From IMG/VR virus record IMGVR_UViG_3300044723_007864: DNA of 64,000 nt. The stretch is one strand, 5' to 3'. The DNA is from an uncultured virus (IMG/VR IMGVR_UViG_3300044723_007864) (taxonomy: Duplodnaviria; Heunggongvirae; Uroviricota; Caudoviricetes). A program made the position numbers and the translations under genes. Shown here in pieces: positions 9,036-18,366 of the stretch. The notes beneath the pieces are model-generated. The model was not told the DNA's origin and did not search any database. It saw only the letters and a program-made list of their open reading frames with translations. Positions within the stretch are counted from its first letter, which is position 1; each line of letters starts with the position of its first letter.

Positions 9036-9458
9036 TTACTGTTCTACTTTTATTAGAGACAATTTTTTTGGTTCATCAATATTCTTCAACTGCATGTGAC
9101 TTATTGTGAATTTACTGTCAACTGTCCCATTTTTATCTTCAATGACAACGTTGAAAACTCCTGGTGTGTCTGATGTGATATGTATACGTTTTTTAATATT
9201 ACTATCAACCGCTGTCAAGCTCATAGCACTGCCTGTATCACTGTAGGATATAACTTTACCGTTGTAACCCTCAACAAAATCACCATCACCCTTCTTTATA
9301 TGTATTGACACTCTATTGTATTTGAAGTCTTCAACTGGTATTGATATTTTCTTTTCCTCAACCACAATAGGAGCACTATACACATGTCTTTGTGTTATTC
9401 TGTTTATATCATTATACAAAGAGTATAAATTATTCATGTCTGTTTGTAATTCACTCAT
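9036..9458 (-). CDS. Hypothetical protein
   Basis: ORF coupled to the upstream gene. Confidence 0.55.
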   Translation of the reverse strand: MSELQTDMNNLYSLYNDINRITQRHVYSAPIVVEEKKISIPVEDFKYNRVSIHIKKGDGDFVEGYNGKVISYSDTGSAMSLTAVDSNIKKRIHITSDTPGVFNVVIEDKNGTVDSKFTISHMQLKNIDEPKKLSLIKVEQ

Positions 9459-10228
9459 CTCAACAGTATATCAACAACCTTATCTTTCACATCTTCATCA
9501 CCTGGTAGATTTTTTCTGATCGATTCAAAATCACCACGTGATAATGACCCTGCGAGTATTTGCTCACGTATATCATTTGAGGTTTTAATATCTTTTTTCT
9601 TGAAAGACGATACATGTGGTCTTATACCGCTTGCGCTAGCCAACCTTTTGTTTAAACCTTTTTTAACACCCAATACATTAACCCCTGTGTATCGTTTAAA
9701 CTCATCTTCTACATCAAACGGAAACCCACTATACCTCCCGGAAAAATCTTCTTTACCTGCATAAACTGTCACATTATATTTGTCATAATTATTCATACTA
9801 TCATATATTTTTTGAGCTACCGGATGCGCGGATGTGAATCTACCAGTGGAAGAGTATTCCCCACCGGTGTTTAACAAATGCACGACGTCATATGTTGCTG
9901 TTAATACTGTGCCAATTGCACCAGTGTCTTGATCTCGAAAGTTAGGCACAGTGACAACCTTTAATCGATCATCTCCATTGTATTGCTTATACACGTCCCA
10001 TATTTCTCGAGATTGTTCTGCTGAAATCTCCCCAGAACCTTCACCTCTCGACTGACCGGATATCATTACAACAACCACGTCGTTTTGCTTTAATGCTGCT
10101 AGTGCAGCTTCATAATGACCGACATGTGGTGGTTTGAACGCACCGGGATACAAACCAACATTCAAACTGCTAGACAATTGCTCGAACACATTAACATGCT
10201 CTACTAACCAGTCGTAATCTCTGTTCAT
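9455..10228 (-). CDS. HxGH nucleotidyltransferase (cytidyltransferase-like)
   Basis: YPGAFKPPHVGH signature and C-terminal SASGIR motif. Confidence 0.75.
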   Translation of the reverse strand: MNRDYDWLVEHVNVFEQLSSSLNVGLYPGAFKPPHVGHYEAALAALKQNDVVVVMISGQSRGEGSGEISAEQSREIWDVYKQYNGDDRLKVVTVPNFRDQDTGAIGTVLTATYDVVHLLNTGGEYSSTGRFTSAHPVAQKIYDSMNNYDKYNVTVYAGKEDFSGRYSGFPFDVEDEFKRYTGVNVLGVKKGLNKRLASASGIRPHVSSFKKKDIKTSNDIREQILAGSLSRGDFESIRKNLPGDEDVKDKVVDILLR

Positions 10229-10641
10229 AACAGTGCGGCTTTAAAAATATCTAATATTTCTGTATCAACTAATCCACAACTACGTAATATGGTTTCAACA
10301 CCATTAACACATGGTGCACTTAACAATTCTTCAACAAGTTGTTGTGTTTCACAAGATAGTAATCCTTTGTCCATCAAATATCTAATCGAGTGTTGTTTGA
10401 CAATATCTAACGGACACACATCATCTTGCTCAACCGCGTCTTCATATTCCCCGGGGTCTAAACTTACCAAACTGTTTTCATATTCTTGATCCTCTGGTGC
10501 AGATACAACATATATGATCGCACCATTTTCATTTTCTTCTAGAACAAACCCTTCGAAGCCATTAAGATATGTAACTTTTACACGTTTCAGCTCAGATGTT
10601 TTCAATGATTGCTGATATTTTTCATAAAATTTTGACGTCAT
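10225..10641 (-). CDS. Hypothetical protein
   Basis: TAAATA 6 nt upstream; N-terminus MTSKFYEKYQQSL. Confidence 0.6.
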   Translation of the reverse strand: MTSKFYEKYQQSLKTSELKRVKVTYLNGFEGFVLEENENGAIIYVVSAPEDQEYENSLVSLDPGEYEDAVEQDDVCPLDIVKQHSIRYLMDKGLLSCETQQLVEELLSAPCVNGVETILRSCGLVDTEILDIFKAALL

Positions 10642-10656
10642 TTTAATTATTTATCG

Positions 10657-10685
10657 TTGAAATGTGTAATATATTACTATATAAT
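10657..10685 (+). promoter_or_regulatory. Sigma70-type promoter TTGAAA-N17-TATAAT for folE
   Basis: Exact 17-nt spacer; ATG 7 nt after the -10 box. Confidence 0.75.
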
Positions 10686-10692
10686 TGAAGAT

Positions 10693-11337
10693 ATGACAGA
10701 TTATAAGTTACCTTTTGCAAATGGCAATCATCCTAGAACCGAAGAGGAAAAAGAACAAATCATCAACAACGCTGCAAAAGCGTACGAAGCATACATGGAT
10801 GCCCTAGGGTTTGATTGGAGATCGGATCCTAATAGTGCTGATACACCTCGCCGCGTGGCGAAAGCATTTGTGAACGATTTAGCGGTTGGTTGCTATGATC
10901 AGCCCCCGAAAATAACAACTTTCGATAATGTGGATCATTATGACGGGTTAGTATTCCAAGGTAATATTAAAACAAATAGTTTTTGTTCTCATCATCACTT
11001 ACCTTTCATTGGAAACACACACGTGGCATATATACCCGGTAGAGATGGAAAGGTGATTGGTCTGAGCAAGTTGAATAGAATTGTCGAGTGGTTTTCTAGA
11101 CGACCACAAGTTCAAGAAAATCTAACCATGCAAATTCACAAATATATTGATGAAGTATGTGAAGATAACAAAGGTGTAGCTGTGCTTGTTGAGGCTAATC
11201 ATACATGTGCTGGTTTACGAGGTGTGAAACACGATAGTACCATGAAGACCGCGAGGATGAGTGGTGCTTTTCTTGATAGAGAGGATATAAACACACGTCA
11301 AGAGTTTTATGATTTTGTAAGAGATTTGAGGAGATAA
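10693..11337 (+). CDS. folE: GTP cyclohydrolase I
   Basis: DTPRRVAK, SFCSHHHLPF, IGLSKLNRIV, RPQVQENLT, HTCAGLRGVK; start set at ATG 10693. Confidence 0.95.
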   Translation: MTDYKLPFANGNHPRTEEEKEQIINNAAKAYEAYMDALGFDWRSDPNSADTPRRVAKAFVNDLAVGCYDQPPKITTFDNVDHYDGLVFQGNIKTNSFCSHHHLPFIGNTHVAYIPGRDGKVIGLSKLNRIVEWFSRRPQVQENLTMQIHKYIDEVCEDNKGVAVLVEANHTCAGLRGVKHDSTMKTARMSGAFLDREDINTRQEFYDFVRDLRR

Positions 11338-11342
11338 ATATT

Positions 11343-11477
11343 ATGGATAAATTAAATTGCATTAATGGATTGTGTAATCACGCTAGCCACTCATACAATA
11401 GTGTGTGGTGGTTATTAACATGTGTTGCATTAACAGTATTATACTATAAATATAGACATGGCGTTAACCGAAATTGA
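11343..11477 (+). CDS. Possible 44-aa membrane protein (MDKLNCINGLCNHASHSYNSVWWLLTCVALTVLYYKYRHGVNRN)
   Basis: Read manually; fills the intergenic gap and has one hydrophobic segment; below the ORF-track cutoff. Confidence 0.3.
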   Translation: MDKLNCINGLCNHASHSYNSVWWLLTCVALTVLYYKYRHGVNRN

Positions 11478-11775
11478 AATACAAAAAATAAATCAGCTAT
11501 ATACGACTATTGATATCAAAGATAGTGATATTGAAAAACTTAAAGCAGTTAATGACACACTTACCGAGAAAGGTAAGTATTATGAAAACTTAATTACTAA
11601 ATTAAAGGCAACTATCAACGAGAGACAGTCCGAAATTGTCCAGTTAAAAGAACAAATTAAAGACACTAATCATGCAGGTTTACGAGAAACACAGGTGGCC
11701 ATTGAAAAAATGCAACAAGACATATCTACAATTGTAAAAAACACCACACCAAAAAAAAGTTACTCAAAAAAATAA
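11458..11775 (+). CDS. Coiled-coil hypothetical protein
   Basis: TATAAATA (11445-11452) 5 nt upstream; heptad-rich sequence. Confidence 0.6.
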   Translation: MALTEIEIQKINQLYTTIDIKDSDIEKLKAVNDTLTEKGKYYENLITKLKATINERQSEIVQLKEQIKDTNHAGLRETQVAIEKMQQDISTIVKNTTPKKSYSKK

Positions 11776-11782
11776 ATTTATT

Positions 11783-11959
11783 ATGGATCAAGTACACCAA
11801 CAAATAATCGAATCATTTAATGCATATGTCGAAGAAAATCAAAAATTCGCCGACAAGGGTAACAAGGCTGCCGCCACACGAGCGAGGAAAGCTTTGTTAG
11901 AACTTAAAAAATTATGCGGTGATCGACGGAAAGAGATTATTGAAGCGAAAAAAGCTTAG
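11783..11959 (+). CDS. Histone H1-like (Hc1-family) DNA-binding protein, 58 aa
   Basis: Manual translation MDQVHQQIIESFNAYVEENQKFADKGNKAAATRARKALLELKKLCGDRRKEIIEAKKA; GNKAAxTRARK is the Hc1 signature. Confidence 0.78.
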   Translation: MDQVHQQIIESFNAYVEENQKFADKGNKAAATRARKALLELKKLCGDRRKEIIEAKKA

Positions 11960-11960
11960 A

Positions 11961-13481
11961 TTATCTAGCTTTTTTAAATCTAAAAAAACCATTAAGCTCG
12001 TTCAATGCCGGAAACGAGCCTGTCAATTTATAAACAGAATGTGTTTTTGTACCTGGCTTTTTATATGTGAATAAAATACCTTCTGTAGGTACAATTTTAT
12101 CAAGACCACCGGCTCTTTGTATCACATCAAGATATCCCTGTATTTGATCTATATGATCAGGATTTCTCGATTCTCTGACACGTTTCATAACACTCTCTAT
12201 TGATCTTTTGATCTCAGCACTTGATTGTTCTTGTGTACCTAGAGCTAAATAATCACTCATGTTGTTAATTACTGTGATACCTAGATCCATGATTAAATCA
12301 ATCACTGGTTGCTTCACTCGTCTCATCATGTGACGATTTGCCGAACCAGTGTTTTGTGAATCTACCCACTCTTTAAACATGACATCTGGACCAGCACCAG
12401 GTGCTGTATCATTTGTAGTTATGTTTTTTGTAGGTACAATTTTATCGCGAATTTGTTTAATGTCTGGTTTTTTCACCCCATGGAGCCATCTATCAACCAA
12501 CATGTTCACCACATCACTTGGTACCTGGTAGCCGATTTCTTCTGCCGCTGTGTAAATCATATTCACCAACCGCCCGGTGTAGTAATCACCTAACGTGTTT
12601 CTATCTGTGAGTGAAAATTCTTGTTGTATTTTTTTTATCTCACTTAAAAACTCCTCGCGACTCTCTTCAAAATCTTCTATTGTTATAGACCTCCCTGGTG
12701 TGACTAATCTATCCCAACGTTTGTTTATATTAGGTAGAGACGCCACATCAAAATATCGCTGATTTTGAGCTCCTACATTTCTTAATTGCTCCTGCACGTC
12801 TGTCGCAAATTGATTAAAATCACTAGTTACTCTTTTTTTACCGAACTGATCATACGCTACATAATTATGTAACACGATCATTCTATGGTTGTATGGTATA
12901 ACATTTGTAGTTTCCGGCCAGACAATTTCAAAATGTAGCCAGTTTTTAACACGAACTGTTTCATACACAAACTCTCCACGTTTATCTTTAATTGGTTCTC
13001 CTCGTTTGTCAATTTTAGGCACCCTCTTGTCACTAGAGAAGAAACGATCTCGCCTCACAACCGCTGGTAGTTGATTTATAGCTGCAGTTAAATCTTTAGC
13101 AGCAAACGTGAATGCTTTGATCAAATCTCTTCTCGCCGCACGTTCTGCTGGACTCACATCACTAAATTTTGAATGCACATGTTTCCATGACTTCAATGCA
13201 CTTTCTCCGAAGTTCTTCACATTACCAACATTTCTAGCAAATATGATATTATCAACATTATCTTCATCAATTGACACGGCTAGTGCTTGCCCATCAATTT
13301 TCTCTTTAATTTCACCGTCAATTTCTCCTTTGAGTAATCCAACCACCATTTGATTGAGAGCTTCAAATGGAAGGTCTAAATCTTCATATATATGACACAT
13401 GTGACCATACAAACCACCTTCAAGTAACAATCCGGGATTTTTATGATATGTTGCGAAATCGTTTGTAATACTAACCTTCAT
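11961..13481 (-). CDS. Ligase-like nucleotidyltransferase (DUF6267-like phage protein)
   Basis: GHMCHIYED, then EKIDG (motif I KxDG), HFEIV, TEGILF and YKLTG in the order of ligase motifs I/III/IV/V. Confidence 0.55.
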   Translation of the reverse strand: MKVSITNDFATYHKNPGLLLEGGLYGHMCHIYEDLDLPFEALNQMVVGLLKGEIDGEIKEKIDGQALAVSIDEDNVDNIIFARNVGNVKNFGESALKSWKHVHSKFSDVSPAERAARRDLIKAFTFAAKDLTAAINQLPAVVRRDRFFSSDKRVPKIDKRGEPIKDKRGEFVYETVRVKNWLHFEIVWPETTNVIPYNHRMIVLHNYVAYDQFGKKRVTSDFNQFATDVQEQLRNVGAQNQRYFDVASLPNINKRWDRLVTPGRSITIEDFEESREEFLSEIKKIQQEFSLTDRNTLGDYYTGRLVNMIYTAAEEIGYQVPSDVVNMLVDRWLHGVKKPDIKQIRDKIVPTKNITTNDTAPGAGPDVMFKEWVDSQNTGSANRHMMRRVKQPVIDLIMDLGITVINNMSDYLALGTQEQSSAEIKRSIESVMKRVRESRNPDHIDQIQGYLDVIQRAGGLDKIVPTEGILFTYKKPGTKTHSVYKLTGSFPALNELNGFFRFKKAR

Positions 13482-15213
13482 ATGTAATTTGTATACCTTT
13501 ATTTTTATCATCCAGTCCCATGTCGATATTGTAGTTATTTGTAATAAACTCGTTGTAAATATCGTTTAATGTAGTCGCCGGATCGTCTTGATATGTCGGT
13601 ACAACCCGCCCATTGAGTGTACCGACATCATTTGCATCATTTATAAACAATGCTCTGTTGAAACCGTCATGACAGCAGTAACCTGTGAACTGAATAGCTG
13701 CGATCAATTTACTCAATGAATCTTTATCATATACTATCTCTCTGCCTTGATTCTGCAAGAGGGTGTAGATAGCGTCTTCCAAATCATCAGCATATTTAGG
13801 TATTTTATCTGATCGTGTGTTGACTAGAGCTTTCGCGAGATCGACATCGCTCAGCTCTGCGTTTTTAGCAAACCAGTTGAAGAACACAGTAACCATTCTA
13901 CCCCACGTGCCTATATTCAATATGTTTTCTACATCACGTAATGAATTTCTATTCGCTACATAAAAAGCAACACCTGCAGATGTGTCTTTCGATAGGGCCG
14001 TGTATATGTGACTAGGTAACTGTGTTTGGTTTAAAAATTTACGTTTGTCTGCATCTGCTAAATCTGGATTTGACTCGATTTTTTTAGCGATACCTCTAAG
14101 CCATTCCTCCAACACACTCAATTCATTTTTAAATTGATTCACAACCGCTTTAGAGTCTTTTGATGACTGTGTGTTCACAATTTTATCCATTTTTTCTAGA
14201 AAATATTGTATAACATCTCTAGAGCTATTCTCTGTTGTGCCGCTGTTGGCGCTAATGATTGGCCTGTTTTTAAATGTTGTGTTGAACCAGTTCCTTACAT
14301 CTTCCCATTTTTTTGTAATGGTTGAACCGTAAAGAGTATATTGTATGTCATCAATCTCTGCAGTGCTCAGTGTTTTTTTGTATTTTTTAACTATTTTTTC
14401 TAGTGTTTTGCTCAAACTGTGAGCGTGATTACCACCACCTGGTCGACCACCTCGACCTTTGACTTCAATAGACAGCTCATTGTTATCATCAGTTAGTTTA
14501 TATTTAACATCACCTGGTTCACCTTTGAACCCGCGTGTCAGTAGAGAAATAGCCATCTCACCTTTACCTATACCAACACGTTTGCTCTGTTCTGTTATTT
14601 TCCAAAAATCACGGATCAGTTGCTCCGGATCACTAGCTATAAAATAATTTACAACCGGTGTTAGTTCTTGAATAAAATTAATATCACTAGCCATATCACT
14701 TGATAATATGTCATACACTGTATCCTGTATAGATACTGCATCACTTCCTTTCTTCCAGTCAATGAATTGACGAAATTCTCTCAAATCTTCTGCACCCTTT
14801 AAATCATTATCGAATAATTTATTCAATAAACTCTCGTACGTGACACTGTCAATTTTGCCTTTTGTGGATACAGCTAACCATTCATGTGCGTATGACTCTA
14901 TAGTTTTCCCTCGGAATCTCCTCTCAACTTTTGAGAAATAACTAGCAGGTATATGAACTGGACCGTCACCTCCGAGTTCACGAAACTGAGCAACTATTTC
15001 ATCTGTTAACATGTGTGTTGGTATATGAAACACCGCTACTCTGCTCTCATCACCACCGGAACCTGGTGCAATACCCTCGAGTTCTTGTTGTGTGTCCTCG
15101 AGAAACATGTTCTTATAAACACCAGAGAGATTGTATCGCCGCGGAGCTCCTTCACGTTGACCGCGTATTACATTATCGGTATATATATCAGATAAGTTTT
15201 TCCAGGCACTCAT
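13471..15213 (-). CDS. Large hypothetical protein with a PD-(D/E)xK nuclease-like core
   Basis: GIGKGE...PGDV...IEVKG pattern. Confidence 0.45.
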   Translation of the reverse strand: MSAWKNLSDIYTDNVIRGQREGAPRRYNLSGVYKNMFLEDTQQELEGIAPGSGGDESRVAVFHIPTHMLTDEIVAQFRELGGDGPVHIPASYFSKVERRFRGKTIESYAHEWLAVSTKGKIDSVTYESLLNKLFDNDLKGAEDLREFRQFIDWKKGSDAVSIQDTVYDILSSDMASDINFIQELTPVVNYFIASDPEQLIRDFWKITEQSKRVGIGKGEMAISLLTRGFKGEPGDVKYKLTDDNNELSIEVKGRGGRPGGGNHAHSLSKTLEKIVKKYKKTLSTAEIDDIQYTLYGSTITKKWEDVRNWFNTTFKNRPIISANSGTTENSSRDVIQYFLEKMDKIVNTQSSKDSKAVVNQFKNELSVLEEWLRGIAKKIESNPDLADADKRKFLNQTQLPSHIYTALSKDTSAGVAFYVANRNSLRDVENILNIGTWGRMVTVFFNWFAKNAELSDVDLAKALVNTRSDKIPKYADDLEDAIYTLLQNQGREIVYDKDSLSKLIAAIQFTGYCCHDGFNRALFINDANDVGTLNGRVVPTYQDDPATTLNDIYNEFITNNYNIDMGLDDKNKGIQITYEG

Positions 15214-15603
15214 TTATGTAGTTTGGTTATAATTAACAGGTTCTGTTTCAACGGCATCATCATGAGTAATAATCCTACTGATCACATCAATAACTGTTTT
15301 AACATCTGTATCAGAATTTATAGACCGCTCTAAAATACTCTTATCTCCAGGATCAATATCTCCACTATACAATAAGGCTCCAACCGCTAGCTCAGCTAAA
15401 TTTTTCTTTTCTATATCTAAATCTTTTTCTGGTTCTTCTGGGACCGGTGCTGGTGGTTGAGCCATCGCCGGATCCACCGGTGCTCCTCCAGCTGGATCCA
15501 TCGGCGCCATTGCAGGATCCAGTGGTGGTTCTTGTTCGTTAATAAGATCTCCTGTTTGATTCATGAAGGAGTTCATTATGATTCTATCAAATTTACTTGT
15601 CAT
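15214..15603 (-). CDS. Proline/acidic-rich hypothetical protein
   Basis: MTSKFDRII...LINE leader; DPAMA repeats. Confidence 0.6.
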   Translation of the reverse strand: MTSKFDRIIMNSFMNQTGDLINEQEPPLDPAMAPMDPAGGAPVDPAMAQPPAPVPEEPEKDLDIEKKNLAELAVGALLYSGDIDPGDKSILERSINSDTDVKTVIDVISRIITHDDAVETEPVNYNQTT

Positions 15604-15604
15604 T

Positions 15605-16096
15605 TTATCGTGGTGGTTTAATATTTAAAGGTTTTGTTGCTCGTGGTGGTTTGTATGATTTAATTTGTTTTTCTCTAGGTGGTCGAATTACACTAGGTGT
15701 ACTCCTAGACGGCTCAATCTCTCGATGCCCAACCGGCTCATGTGATTGTTTTTTACTCATAGTGTTAATGAGATCTTGTATTTCTTTCTTGTTCAAATCC
15801 CATCGCTTCCCACCATGTTCAACTTCTTTCTTGCCTTGTTTCTGAGCTTGTTTTATTTTTTTGAGCAGGTCTTGTTTAGGTCTCCTCCCGAATAACAATT
15901 CTAACCATGCTTGATCCGGTTGCGATTGTGCCATTCTGTTCATTCTATCAGACCAGTCTGATGCTCTGTTGTATGGTTCTGCTATGGCTTTACGTAAAGA
16001 GCTTCGTATGCCTTCTGTAATGGTCTCTAAATCCTTAGTGAGAGGTGCTCTGTATTGTAATGCACTCTCTAAAAATGTCTTGTCAAATTTATTCAT
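15605..16096 (-). CDS. Basic hypothetical protein
   Basis: TAAATA 7 nt upstream; MNKFDKTFLE leader; (K/R)PPR repeats at the C-terminus. Confidence 0.6.
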   Translation of the reverse strand: MNKFDKTFLESALQYRAPLTKDLETITEGIRSSLRKAIAEPYNRASDWSDRMNRMAQSQPDQAWLELLFGRRPKQDLLKKIKQAQKQGKKEVEHGGKRWDLNKKEIQDLINTMSKKQSHEPVGHREIEPSRSTPSVIRPPREKQIKSYKPPRATKPLNIKPPR

Positions 16097-16106
16097 ATAC
16101 TTATAT

Positions 16107-16673
16107 TTATTTATATAATAATGCTTTCACTTTCACCTTGTTGAAATATTCTTGGGACATGTATGTTAAATTGTATGTTTTTATGAATTTATTTAACCGT
16201 TCGAATGAATATGGCTTGTTCTTTTTTTTATCATTAAACTCACTCATGGATAAAATAACATCACGCACATCACCGTCGCTCGTGAAGTCTGAAATTTTAT
16301 CGAAACAAAGGACCGTGGTTTTGTAAAATAATAATGGTAATATGTTGTTAAACTTATTCACGGCACGTGAAATGAATTTACCGAACATTTGATCAGATGA
16401 CAATTTACACGAGGTTAAATCATATTCAGACACACACTCTTCATTATAAAAAAACATGCATTTGTTGTCGCTCTTGCTGTTAATCACTGCATCGCACACG
16501 GCTTTAAATATATAGAAATAGTAAACGATCTGAACATTTTTTTTATTCAAGTTCAATTCATTCCTTAACCCGTAACTATCCAGGTCTCTCATGATTTGCA
16601 TCTCGCAGTCTGAAACTATACTCAAAAAATCTATAACATACAATCTATACCTATCAATATTAGCAGTGAGCAT
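16107..16673 (-). CDS. Hypothetical protein
   Basis: 188-aa ORF with its own sigma70-type promoter. Confidence 0.6.
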   Translation of the reverse strand: MLTANIDRYRLYVIDFLSIVSDCEMQIMRDLDSYGLRNELNLNKKNVQIVYYFYIFKAVCDAVINSKSDNKCMFFYNEECVSEYDLTSCKLSSDQMFGKFISRAVNKFNNILPLLFYKTTVLCFDKISDFTSDGDVRDVILSMSEFNDKKKNKPYSFERLNKFIKTYNLTYMSQEYFNKVKVKALLYK

Positions 16674-16681
16674 ATACTTTG

Positions 16682-16710
16682 ATTTTAAGCATCAACTTAT
16701 ATTTTTGCAA
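16682..16710 (-). promoter_or_regulatory. Sigma70-type promoter TTGCAA-N17-TAAAAT
   Basis: Minus strand; ATG 16673 lies 8 nt after the -10 box. Confidence 0.55.
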
Positions 16711-17190
16711 TTATTTCTTGAAATTGTATATGGTTGTTTTATTTTTTTCAAAAAAGCTATCATAGGATGCGATTGTGTATGTTTTGTATTTACAAAAATT
16801 ACCAATGGAAAATTCATGATTCTCATCATAACACACAAATGAACCACATCTATTGATTTTAAAAATTAAAAACCACAATTTATCATCGCTTTTCGCTTGT
16901 TGTATCCATTTGTCAAGCTGTTTACACTCAGAAAATAATTGATGAAACGAAAGACCAGCGTAACTCTTACACTCGAGTTTCAAAAAATTTAGCTCATCCG
17001 GAACAATTATATCACCTTCCGTTAAAAGTATTTGCGACTCGGATAGTGTTTTCATCCTAAACATATTCATACCACCAACATACGCACCGGAATTAGGTGT
17101 GCGTGTAAAGCTTAACTGGAAGACATCGGATAGATGGTTTGCAACGGCTCGTTCAAAAGCTTTACCTTTTTCTTTATTTCTATTAGCGAT
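16711..17190 (-). CDS. Holliday junction resolvase-like PD-(D/E)xK nuclease
   Basis: Frame is open from ATC at 17190: (I)ANRNKEKGKAFERAVANHL...RTPNSGA...GDIIVP...LECKSY; the ORF track captured only the last 119 aa. Confidence 0.75.
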   Translation of the reverse strand: MANRNKEKGKAFERAVANHLSDVFQLSFTRTPNSGAYVGGMNMFRMKTLSESQILLTEGDIIVPDELNFLKLECKSYAGLSFHQLFSECKQLDKWIQQAKSDDKLWFLIFKINRCGSFVCYDENHEFSIGNFCKYKTYTIASYDSFFEKNKTTIYNFKK

Positions 17191-17194
17191 AGTT

Positions 17195-17926
17195 TTATTT
17201 AATTTGCGTTTTTAACTGGTTCAAGCCTTGCATTATTTTTTGATACACCTTGTCAAAATTCGCTTTATCTAAGGAAGCTAGTGGTGCTATAGCCGCGCCA
17301 GCCAGCGTGTCAACCTGTTTCACATCCATCTGAGGTGCTTGGATGTTTGGATCTACAGCCTGCATCTCTGCATCAGTGCCCAGGGCAGCTGCAGCAGTCT
17401 GCGCTCCGGTAGCAGCAACCGCATTCCCGGCTTTAGTAGCAAGTGTACCAGCACCTTGCAACGCTTTTCCACCTACCGCCAATGCCCCGCGGCCATAACT
17501 TTGCAACGCTTTTCCAGCCAATTTAGCTCCACCGAGAGCGGCTTTACCAGCTAATGCTCCTCCTTTTGCCAGTATAGGTAATGCAGCTTGTATAAATTCT
17601 TGTTGTATTTCACCGTCTTCTTTAATATGCTTACCACGTCCAGGCATCATTAAATCGGTAGGAAAATTTCTAGTTTGTACTGGTCCGAAACTTGGATTAC
17701 CGGTTTCTTTCATTTTGGGAAGCTTTTTGATTTTCTTTTTTTTCTTTCTCTTCGCACCTAATATTTCGGGTTTCCTGTCATCTCCGGGCGCGTATGTGTC
17801 TTGTGCTGGTCCAACATGCGCGCCTCCATCGACTTTTCCACCACCATTAGGCCCAAACGCGCTAGCCGCCCCACCTGCAACGTTAGTCTCACTTAACATG
17901 TTGTTGTATAGTTTTTCAAAATTCAT
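17195..17926 (-). CDS. Gly/Ala/Lys-rich hypothetical protein (putative internal head protein)
   Basis: MNFEKLYNNMLSE leader; poly-Lys tract; GKAL repeats. Confidence 0.6.
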   Translation of the reverse strand: MNFEKLYNNMLSETNVAGGAASAFGPNGGGKVDGGAHVGPAQDTYAPGDDRKPEILGAKRKKKKKIKKLPKMKETGNPSFGPVQTRNFPTDLMMPGRGKHIKEDGEIQQEFIQAALPILAKGGALAGKAALGGAKLAGKALQSYGRGALAVGGKALQGAGTLATKAGNAVAATGAQTAAAALGTDAEMQAVDPNIQAPQMDVKQVDTLAGAAIAPLASLDKANFDKVYQKIMQGLNQLKTQIK

Positions 17927-17928
17927 GA

Positions 17929-17957
17929 TTGATTTTTAGTGCAATATAAGCTATAAT
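17929..17957 (+). promoter_or_regulatory. Sigma70-type promoter TTGATT-N17-TATAAT for the uvsY operon
   Basis: Exact 17-nt spacer; ATG 10 nt downstream. Confidence 0.7.
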
Positions 17958-17967
17958 TATTTATTAA

Positions 17968-18366
17968 ATGAAGGATATTTTAACAGACTATCTTGATGAA
18001 GCGGAGCGAGATGCAGTTCTGGATGTATTTACTGTAAAAGATGTTCAGAGTAAACTTCCCGCTATAAAACATAAATGGGTTGGTAGGTTGATAAGATCCA
18101 AGAGAAAGTTGAATCTTTTGTATGATCAGCGCGCTCAGATCAAAGATGATCTACTTAAAAAAGCCAAAGAACAATCAAAGTACAAGGTAGCAGATAATGT
18201 CTTGGAAAAAAGTATAATTAAAACTACCGCTGTTGTTGCTGTCGATCAACAAATAAAAGAATATAAACTGGTGATAGAGTTTTTAGAGAGAACAGAAAAA
18301 ATATTTAGCAGCATGACTTTTGACATTAAAAATCTAACAGAAATAATGAAAATTGAAACCTTATAA
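17968..18366 (+). CDS. uvsY: Recombination mediator UvsY
   Basis: Size, helical character, C-terminal TFDIKN motif and position before uvsW. Confidence 0.65.
   Translation: MKDILTDYLDEAERDAVLDVFTVKDVQSKLPAIKHKWVGRLIRSKRKLNLLYDQRAQIKDDLLKKAKEQSKYKVADNVLEKSIIKTTAVVAVDQQIKEYKLVIEFLERTEKIFSSMTFDIKNLTEIMKIETL

Noticed and set aside
11385..11415. Imperfect hairpin after folE as a possible preQ1 riboswitch or terminator
   Set aside because: Weak pairing, no U-tract or riboswitch consensus, and it lies downstream rather than upstream of folE; a small ORF explains the region as well
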